This document shows, one piece after another, positions 57,271 to 64,000 of a stretch of 64,000 bases of DNA. The stretch is from the IMG/VR virus record IMGVR_UViG_2806310979_000001, positions 1 through 64,000 of that record. One strand, 5' to 3'. Made by a program: the position numbers and the translations under genes. The notes under the pieces are model-generated. The model made no database searches, had not been told where the DNA came from, and worked only from the letters and a program-made list of their open reading frames with translations. The stretch comes from a virus (lineage: Duplodnaviria > Caudoviricetes). Positions within the stretch are counted from its first letter, which is position 1. Every line of letters begins with the position of its first letter.

Positions 57271-57314
57271 CCAATCTGTACTTTATTGGCCTTTTGTAAA
57301 AGAGGAGAAGATAA

Positions 57315-57500
57315 ATGGATAATAAAATTGATAATTATATAGGATTAGAGGAAACGGCTAACTACTTAGGCGTAAGACCGGCAACGGTTAGAAATTGGAT
57401 AAAAACTAAAGATTTGCCAGCACATAGAATTGGTAAACTATGGAAGTTTAAGCGCACGGAAATCGATGAATGGGTCGATAGTGGAAAAAGTGCAAACTAA
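57315..57500 (+). CDS. excisionase-like HTH_17 DNA-binding protein
   Basis: ETANYLGVRPATVRNWI...LPAHRIGKLWKFKRTEIDEWV. Confidence 0.88.
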   Translation: MDNKIDNYIGLEETANYLGVRPATVRNWIKTKDLPAHRIGKLWKFKRTEIDEWVDSGKSAN

Positions 57501-57524
57501 AATTATTTTGAGGTGAACTCATAA

Positions 57525-58631
57525 ATGAAAAGATATCAATATATAGATTTATTTTGCGGTTGTGGCGGATTAAGCCTTGGATTTGAGCAAGCAGGTTTTA
57601 TTCCTAGGGCTGGAATTGATTTTAAAGAGTCAGCAATAAATACTTACAGGAAACATTTTAAGAATGCAAAAGCGATTTGCGTAGATATTTCATCAATGGA
57701 TGAGGAAAGAATAAAGAAAGAATTAGGGGATTTAAGTAAAATCGATGTTATAATCGGGGGACCGCCTTGTCAGGGGTTTTCAAATGCAAATAAAAATTTT
57801 GTAGAAGAGGATGATCCAAGGAATAAATTATTTTTTGAATTTATGAAATTTGTTGACTTGGCACAACCTAGTGTTGTGGTCATAGAAAATGTACCGCAAA
57901 TTATTACAAAGAATAATGGCTATGCAAAGAAACGAATTACAGAAATTTTTGAAGAGCGTAAGTATAATGTAATCAATGCTATACTAGATGCGTCAGATTA
58001 TGGAGTTCCACAAAAAAGAATGAGGAATTTCTTTATCATAACAAAAGGAGTTTCTTTTGATGTTAGTAGAATAGTAAAAAATCATGAAAAAATAACGGTA
58101 AAAGAAGCGATTGGCGAGTTATATGAGTTCGAAAATCAAGATAAGAATTCGGAGGTTGTTTTAAAATATCCTCCTGTAACAGAATATCAACGCTACTTAC
58201 GGGCGAGTGATGGAATAGTAAAAAATCATGATATCCATTACCCAGCAGAAATTCAACAAAAACGTATTTCATATGTACCACAAGGGGGAAATTGGAAAGA
58301 CGTACCAGAAGAATTGTGGGAGACAAAGCGAACACAAAAGACAGGTAGAAAAAATCGGCATTCATCAGCATACAAAAGATTAAAGGAAGATGATGTATCA
58401 GTTACAATTGATGCTGGAAATCAGCATAGTAACTATTATCATCCAATTTATAATAGAATACCTACAGTGCGGGAAGCAGCAAGAATACAATCTTTTCCGG
58501 ATGATTTTGTTTTCGAGGGAACAATGACAGAGCAATATTTGCAAGTTGGTAATGCGGTACCACCGCTTTTGGCAAAATGTATTGCGATGGCGATAAAGGA
58601 GCATTTACAGAATGAAGAAGAAAATAATTGA
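57525..58631 (+). CDS. DNA (cytosine-5) methyltransferase M1
   Basis: DLFCGCGG, GGPPCQGFS, ENV, QVGNAVPP. Confidence 0.95.
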   Translation: MKRYQYIDLFCGCGGLSLGFEQAGFIPRAGIDFKESAINTYRKHFKNAKAICVDISSMDEERIKKELGDLSKIDVIIGGPPCQGFSNANKNFVEEDDPRNKLFFEFMKFVDLAQPSVVVIENVPQIITKNNGYAKKRITEIFEERKYNVINAILDASDYGVPQKRMRNFFIITKGVSFDVSRIVKNHEKITVKEAIGELYEFENQDKNSEVVLKYPPVTEYQRYLRASDGIVKNHDIHYPAEIQQKRISYVPQGGNWKDVPEELWETKRTQKTGRKNRHSSAYKRLKEDDVSVTIDAGNQHSNYYHPIYNRIPTVREAARIQSFPDDFVFEGTMTEQYLQVGNAVPPLLAKCIAMAIKEHLQNEEENN

Positions 58632-59649
58632 TTTATTTTGTGGTTGTGGAGGACTGAGTTTAGGCTTTGAACAAGCTGGCTTTGAAGTAGCATATGCAAT
58701 CGATATGTGGGATAAAGCCATAATGACTTATAATCATAATCATAAAAATAAGGTGGCAGAATGTAAAGATATACACGAACTGACAGATGAATATTTACAA
58801 CAATTAAATGCGAATGAGAAAATTGTTGGGGTTATTGGAGGACCGCCTTGTCAAGGGTTTAGTAAGGTCGGCACAAGAGATATAAATGATCCTAGAAATC
58901 ATTTATATTTAGAATATTGCAGAGTTGTAAAAACAATATCACCAGATTTTTTTGTGTTAGAAAATGTAGGAGGATTATTAACACTCTGCAAAGGCATGTT
59001 TAAAAATGATATTATTAATAGATTTAGTGAACTTGGATATAATGTTGTTTCCCAGGAAGTCTGCGCAGCAGATTATGGCGTTCCACAAAATAGACATCGA
59101 GTGTTTTTTGTCGGAATGAAAAAAGGAAATTTTTCCTTTCCAGAGAAAAAACACAAAATAATCACGAGTAAAGATGCTATTAGCGATTTACTGCCATTAA
59201 CGATGGAAGACGGTCTTGACGAAATGCATGGGTATGCATGCGCACCACAGAATGCATATCAGAAAAAGATGCGTGGAAATCAAAATATTGTTGCAAATCA
59301 TCAGATTACAGTTCATACACAAAAGACTATTGATATTATTAGTATGGTGCCAGACGGAGGAACAATTTATGATTTGCCAGATGAGTATTGGAATGTAAGA
59401 AAATACAGAAAAGGATTTGAAAGAATGCCAAGTTTGAAACCATGCCATACTGTAGATACTGGGCATAGAAATTATTTCCATTATTCGGAAAATCGCATTC
59501 CAACAGCTCGTGAAAATGCTAGATTACAATCATTTCCAGATAATTATGTCTTTTTAGGGACTAAAACAGATCAATATAAGGAGATTGGAAATGCAGTTCC
59601 ACCAATGTTGGCGTATAATATAGCCAAGGCAATTAGAGAACAGTTATAG
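58612..59649 (+). CDS. DNA (cytosine-5) methyltransferase M2
   Basis: DLFCGCGG, GGPPCQGFS, ENV, EIGNAVPP. Confidence 0.95.
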   Translation: MKKKIIDLFCGCGGLSLGFEQAGFEVAYAIDMWDKAIMTYNHNHKNKVAECKDIHELTDEYLQQLNANEKIVGVIGGPPCQGFSKVGTRDINDPRNHLYLEYCRVVKTISPDFFVLENVGGLLTLCKGMFKNDIINRFSELGYNVVSQEVCAADYGVPQNRHRVFFVGMKKGNFSFPEKKHKIITSKDAISDLLPLTMEDGLDEMHGYACAPQNAYQKKMRGNQNIVANHQITVHTQKTIDIISMVPDGGTIYDLPDEYWNVRKYRKGFERMPSLKPCHTVDTGHRNYFHYSENRIPTARENARLQSFPDNYVFLGTKTDQYKEIGNAVPPMLAYNIAKAIREQL

Positions 59650-59659
59650 GAGGTGCGAT

Positions 59660-60442
59660 ATGGATATATTGGTCTCTAGTCCGGGATCGCCCGGAACCAA
59701 TTTTACTGAAAATGTAAAGGAGCAAATATTACTTATTAGTGATGAACTAGACAAAAATGATGATTTTGCTTCTTTGATGGAGTTAAAAAAGCATTTAGAA
59801 AACTGTGGATTGAATCAAAATTATGTACGAAATATTTTGCCTTTTTTACAGAATTGCGGAATAGTAAAATATGATAATATAGATACATTCAAGAATAGTG
59901 AAATAGTGACCAATATAGGTCGAGCATACGTTGACGTCTTAAAGAGCATAAAGATTGCAAGGAACGAAGAAAAAAGCGAGATTAGAGATGACATTTTGGA
60001 AATGCTTGATAAAATTCAGCAGACGATATATTTTCAATGTCTTACGATTATGATGAAAAATCCTGATTGCAATTATGGTATTGATTTTTTGGATGTGTTA
60101 AGATTTGTTGATATGTATGGTCATATTGATTTAAACGAATATATGCTTATCTTGTACGAAAGAGAAAAAAATGGACATGATTATCTGCGTGATCTACAAG
60201 ATGTAGTTAAAAAATATCGAAATAAAGAAATTGAAATTCATGTAAAGACAAAAACCAAAAATGCTATGGAAGGCGATGGGAAATCTAAGAGCGTAAATTC
60301 ATTTCCATATGTCACAGGAAATTTCTGTAAATCAGGTATCATGAAAAAAATAGATGGAAAGTTTTATTTTGAGGAAAATAGAATTAAGGAAATTGAAAAT
60401 ACAATTGAGGAGGTGGCAAAATGTCGGAATTTAGTGAGGTAG
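59660..60442 (+). CDS. hypothetical, probable stand-alone specificity subunit of the McrBC-like enzyme
   Basis: between MTases and an McrB lacking an N-terminal domain; wHTH-like LPFLQNCGIV...TNIG. Confidence 0.6.
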   Translation: MDILVSSPGSPGTNFTENVKEQILLISDELDKNDDFASLMELKKHLENCGLNQNYVRNILPFLQNCGIVKYDNIDTFKNSEIVTNIGRAYVDVLKSIKIARNEEKSEIRDDILEMLDKIQQTIYFQCLTIMMKNPDCNYGIDFLDVLRFVDMYGHIDLNEYMLILYEREKNGHDYLRDLQDVVKKYRNKEIEIHVKTKTKNAMEGDGKSKSVNSFPYVTGNFCKSGIMKKIDGKFYFEENRIKEIENTIEEVAKCRNLVR

Positions 60443-61461
60443 CAAAAAATAGCATTGTATCCAATATTGAAGACATTAAACAAAGACTGGGATTAGAAGA
60501 TCAAGTTGCAAATGTTATGCAATCCAATAATGATGCTCAAATAAAACATAAAAATTGTATGGAAATTCAGCGGATACCGAGGTCATGTTGTATACATCCT
60601 TTGAATTTTATTATTTATGGTGCACCTGGAACTGGAAAAACATATAATACTGCAGAATATGCTCTCGCAATTATAAATAACAGAGAACCTGATTTATTAA
60701 AGAAAACAGATACTGAACGTAGAAAAATATTGTCAGAATATAAGAAGTATATACAAAAGGGACAAATCGTATTTACTACGTTTCATCAAAATTATGGATA
60801 TGAGGAGTTTATACAGGGATTACGACCAGACCCTGATAAGGATGGAATCTCTTTTAAGACTGTCGATGGAGTATTTAAAAAATTAGCAGATAAGGCCATT
60901 TTAGATAATGATAACAACTATGTAATTATTATTGATGAAATTAATCGTGCTAACATATCAAAAGTGTTTGGTGAACTTATAACATTGATAGAAGAAGACA
61001 AACGCTGGGGAGAATTGAACGAATCTTGTGCTACACTTCAATCTGGAGATGTTTTTGCCGTACCTAATAATTTATACATTGTGGGAACAATGAATTCGGC
61101 AGACAAATCTATTTCGCTTATTGATGCTGCTTTACGTCGAAGATTTTCTTTTATAGAGCAAAAACCAGATGAATCATTAATAGAGGATGATGTCCTGAAG
61201 AATGTATTTTGTGAGCTTAATACACGACTTGTATCAGAACTCGACAGTACAGATTTGCTAATAGGGCATTCATACTTTATGAATAGAAAAAAAGAGGATT
61301 TATGCAAAATTCTTAATACAAGTATAATTCCATTGTTGTATGAATACTTTTATGATAATCGGAAAAAAGTTAGCAATATTTTAGCAGAAGCAATAAAAAA
61401 CACAGATGTAGAAATAGTAGATGACAAGATAGGACGATTGAACGTTAGAAATAAAGGATAA
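60421..61461 (+). CDS. mcrB: McrB-family AAA+ GTPase (short)
   Basis: GAPGTGKT, TFHQNYGYEEF, IDEINRAN, GTMNSAD, ALRRRF. Confidence 0.92.
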   Translation: MSEFSEVAKNSIVSNIEDIKQRLGLEDQVANVMQSNNDAQIKHKNCMEIQRIPRSCCIHPLNFIIYGAPGTGKTYNTAEYALAIINNREPDLLKKTDTERRKILSEYKKYIQKGQIVFTTFHQNYGYEEFIQGLRPDPDKDGISFKTVDGVFKKLADKAILDNDNNYVIIIDEINRANISKVFGELITLIEEDKRWGELNESCATLQSGDVFAVPNNLYIVGTMNSADKSISLIDAALRRRFSFIEQKPDESLIEDDVLKNVFCELNTRLVSELDSTDLLIGHSYFMNRKKEDLCKILNTSIIPLLYEYFYDNRKKVSNILAEAIKNTDVEIVDDKIGRLNVRNKG

Positions 61462-61466
61462 ATGCT

Positions 61467-62855
61467 ATGGTAATTAATCGCTATGAAAATTCGCAGATAA
61501 AATTTGAGTCTCTTCCAATATCGTGGCAATCTCAGAATGTTTTGGATGAGTTGGCAGATTTTCTACAACAAAACTGGGAACAAAGGTCTGTGTTTTATGA
61601 AGATGGAACAATTACAAGCAAGCAGCAATTTATAGCATTTATAGGACAGCGTGGAATAAAAACAAAAAACTATATTGGGACAATTGTATTTAAAGGCGAG
61701 CAGATTAATATCTTTCCTAAAATGTTCCGGGAAGATGCAGATTACACAGAAACTGAAAATTTGACTCAAAAGCATCTTATGAAAAATCTAGTGCATTGGC
61801 TTGAGTATTGTCATAAAATTGAATATCCGTTTATTAATATTACGACTGCACTAGAAGACACGGAGGACTTAAGGGAGTTATTTATAACATTATACATAGG
61901 ATATGTCAGAAGTGCATTGGAGAGAGGTGCATACTATCAGTATGTGGAAAAAACAGAAGATTGCACAGGTATAAAAGGTAAGTTTGATATAAAGGATTAC
62001 TACATTAACAAGATTCCGAATGGGCAAATCAATCGTTTTAGGTGTTCATATTCAAAATTTGAATATGATAACAAAGTTAACAGGATTATTAAGTATACTT
62101 GCAAGCAAATAATGAATTCTACGACATCTAAAAATCAAAAGGAAATCAGAAAAATTTTAATGCGTTTAGATGAAGTAAATGATGTACCTTGTAGCCCTCA
62201 TGATTGTAATAGTATTCAATTGAGTAAAATGCATAGACACTATGATATTATATTAAGTATGAGCAAAATGTTCCTTTTAAACAGATTATCAAATTATACT
62301 GTTGATAATAATGAATCGTTTTGTTTTTTGTTTCCGACTGAACTATTATTTGAAGGCTTTATTGGTGGATTTATGCAAGAGGTACTGAGTGAATATGGAG
62401 CTAAAGTTAAATTACAACAAAGTGAGATGCATTTAATCGAGGATGTTATATATGGAGAGCGTTCATTGGGAGCTGCTTTCACGATGAGACATGATATATT
62501 GGTAGAAACTAAAAATAAAATATTTATTCTTGATACAAAATACAAACAGGTTTCAAGATTTGAAGGTAATGATGAAGAAGTAATGCGGGTTGTTAGAGAG
62601 GAACCTAAGCAGACGGATATATATCAGGTTTGTGAATATGCAAGAAAAAGAGGAATACAAGATGCATATTTGTTATATCCGATGTATCGATATGAAGATA
62701 GAGAGACAATATTCCCTGTGGGAATAAGCCCAAGCCCAAGTGGTGATATAAGGATTCATTTTATAAGAGTACCTTTTGTTTTTGAAGAAGATAGTGAAAA
62801 AATGAAAGAGCAGTTAAAAAGTATAATCTTGGATATAATAGGGATTGATGTATAG
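61467..62855 (+). CDS. mcrC: McrC-family nuclease
   Basis: NIFPK, LLFEGF, HD...ILDTKYK, DIYQVCEYA, LLYP. Confidence 0.9.
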   Translation: MVINRYENSQIKFESLPISWQSQNVLDELADFLQQNWEQRSVFYEDGTITSKQQFIAFIGQRGIKTKNYIGTIVFKGEQINIFPKMFREDADYTETENLTQKHLMKNLVHWLEYCHKIEYPFINITTALEDTEDLRELFITLYIGYVRSALERGAYYQYVEKTEDCTGIKGKFDIKDYYINKIPNGQINRFRCSYSKFEYDNKVNRIIKYTCKQIMNSTTSKNQKEIRKILMRLDEVNDVPCSPHDCNSIQLSKMHRHYDIILSMSKMFLLNRLSNYTVDNNESFCFLFPTELLFEGFIGGFMQEVLSEYGAKVKLQQSEMHLIEDVIYGERSLGAAFTMRHDILVETKNKIFILDTKYKQVSRFEGNDEEVMRVVREEPKQTDIYQVCEYARKRGIQDAYLLYPMYRYEDRETIFPVGISPSPSGDIRIHFIRVPFVFEEDSEKMKEQLKSIILDIIGIDV

Positions 62856-62936
62856 CTTGTATAATGATTAGTGTATAGGCTAATAACTTCATAGGAATCA
62901 TATGGATATCCCAACTAATATGAAAGCGGTGAAAAT

Positions 62937-63515
62937 ATGATTGTTTGTCCAAAATGCAGGTCAGACAGGACTGCACCAATATTATATGGTTATCCGTCCC
63001 ATGAAGCCTTTGAAGCAGAAGAGCGGGGAGAACTTATCTTGGGCGGATGTGAGATGATAGACGGAATGCCACACGAGGATTATGGCTGCCTTGACTGCGG
63101 ATGCCGATGGTCAAAGGAACTGCTCCCAGCTACTCAGATTACAAAAATACGATATAAAGTTGTTGAGAATGGTCCGTGCACGATAGACTCCCAACAGTCG
63201 TGGGTATATGAAATGTATCCTGATGGAAGGTGTAAAGAATATACATATCAAGGGCAGAATCGTAAATATCAGTTTAAGACGGAAGAGAAGGTATCTGAAA
63301 AGAAGGTATACAGACTTGCATGCAGTCTGCAGAAAATCATAGGAGCTCCCTTATGGGAGAAGAATGTTATTGAAGGACAGGTGTGTGACGGTTGGAGTTA
63401 TAACCTTCAGATAACTTATGCTGATAAGCGGAAAGAAATAATAAATGGTGATGTTGCCGGAGGAACGTTTGATTCTATACTGGAGAAATTCGTCCGCAGC
63501 GTATTTCCAGAATAA
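62937..63515 (+). CDS. hypothetical protein with N-terminal Zn-ribbon
   Basis: CPKC...ILYGYP...LGGC...CLDC. Confidence 0.75.
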   Translation: MIVCPKCRSDRTAPILYGYPSHEAFEAEERGELILGGCEMIDGMPHEDYGCLDCGCRWSKELLPATQITKIRYKVVENGPCTIDSQQSWVYEMYPDGRCKEYTYQGQNRKYQFKTEEKVSEKKVYRLACSLQKIIGAPLWEKNVIEGQVCDGWSYNLQITYADKRKEIINGDVAGGTFDSILEKFVRSVFPE

Positions 63516-63541
63516 AAATGATTATATAGAGGAAGTCACTA

Positions 63542-63570
63542 TTGACAAAACGAACGTATGTTCGTATAAT
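63542..63570 (+). promoter_or_regulatory. sigma-A promoter with perfect LexA box in the spacer
   Basis: TTGACA, 17 bp, TATAAT with CGAAC-GTAT-GTTCG 63551-63564. Confidence 0.9.
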
Positions 63571-63672
63571 TATCTCATCGCTACATTAGGAGTGTTGAAC
63601 AGTCTACAGAGATATGGTGTTTGGCAGACTATTTCCCTTGGTCGAACTTATATCGCAGGAGGCACGTTTAAT

Positions 63673-63903
63673 ATGACATACGAAACAGGTACAGAAGTTT
63701 TCTTCATTGAGAGCAATCGTATAATCCGTAAGGCAACCGTGGTCAGAAGAAGCGGTGATTTTTACATATTACGATTTGATGAAGGCGGTGGCATCCAGTT
63801 AAGAGAAGGCAGAATTTTTCCAACAAAAGAACAGGCAGAAGCAACGCTGCCTGGAGAAAAGGTTCAGAAAAAAGCTAACTCTCCATACGATTACTGGCAT
63901 TGA
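63673..63903 (+). CDS. small beta-rich hypothetical protein (76 aa), predicted SOS-inducible
   Basis: AGGAGG RBS; downstream of LexA-box promoter. Confidence 0.7.
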   Translation: MTYETGTEVFFIESNRIIRKATVVRRSGDFYILRFDEGGGIQLREGRIFPTKEQAEATLPGEKVQKKANSPYDYWH

Positions 63904-63918
63904 AATGTAAATTCGCAG

Positions 63919-63987
63919 AAGGGGGTTGACAGTAATACCCCCTTTTGATATATTAATAGTGTCAACCGTTCAGTTGACAGTTGACAC
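63919..63987 (+). promoter_or_regulatory. terminator-like hairpin overlapping a promoter, followed by operator repeats
   Basis: AAGGGGGT/ACCCCCTT; TTGACA 63926, 17 bp, TATATT; TGTCAAC...GTTGACA GTTGACAC. Confidence 0.65.
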
Positions 63988-64000
63988 AGCATTCTACAAT

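Noticed and set aside
63445-63672. N-terminal extension of the last ORF (likewise 44427-44630 and 36579-36644)
   Set aside because: Extensions run through promoters or terminators; downstream ATGs have strong RBSs

Overview
Low-GC Firmicutes DNA, probably Clostridia/Lachnospiraceae (inferred from gene families and sigma-A, LexA and NrdR motifs). It is entirely accessory DNA with no housekeeping, rRNA, tRNA or CRISPR loci. (1) 1-5.9 kb: restriction-modification operon 1 (XRE, amino-MTase, m5C MTase, McrB-like GTPase, LlaJI-type nuclease). (2) 5.9-7.15 kb: two convergent paralogous small genes, one behind a LexA-box promoter and the other behind a promoter with tandem NrdR boxes. (3) About 7.15-49.0 kb: a near-complete temperate siphovirus prophage with an ImmA/ImmR switch, PolA/VirE/SNF2 replication, HNH-cos, orphan MTases, an amidoligase/GGCT module, HK97-type head, tail, holin/endolysin, two tandem large serine recombinases (LSRs) and several morons. 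(4) 49.0-54.4 kb, minus strand: an operon whose third LSR carries a C-terminal domain that recurs as two stand-alone paralogues, followed by two ParB-like proteins with non-canonical motifs. (5) 54.6-56.7 kb: duplicated XRE units and a lipoprotein. (6) 57-64 kb: SymE, an excisionase-like HTH, R-M operon 2 (two m5C MTases, unknown subunit, McrB, McrC) and a second copy of the same LexA promoter cassette, probably the start of a second tandem element. The best candidates for undescribed systems are (4) and (2). All family assignments come from motifs recognised by eye; no database search was run.
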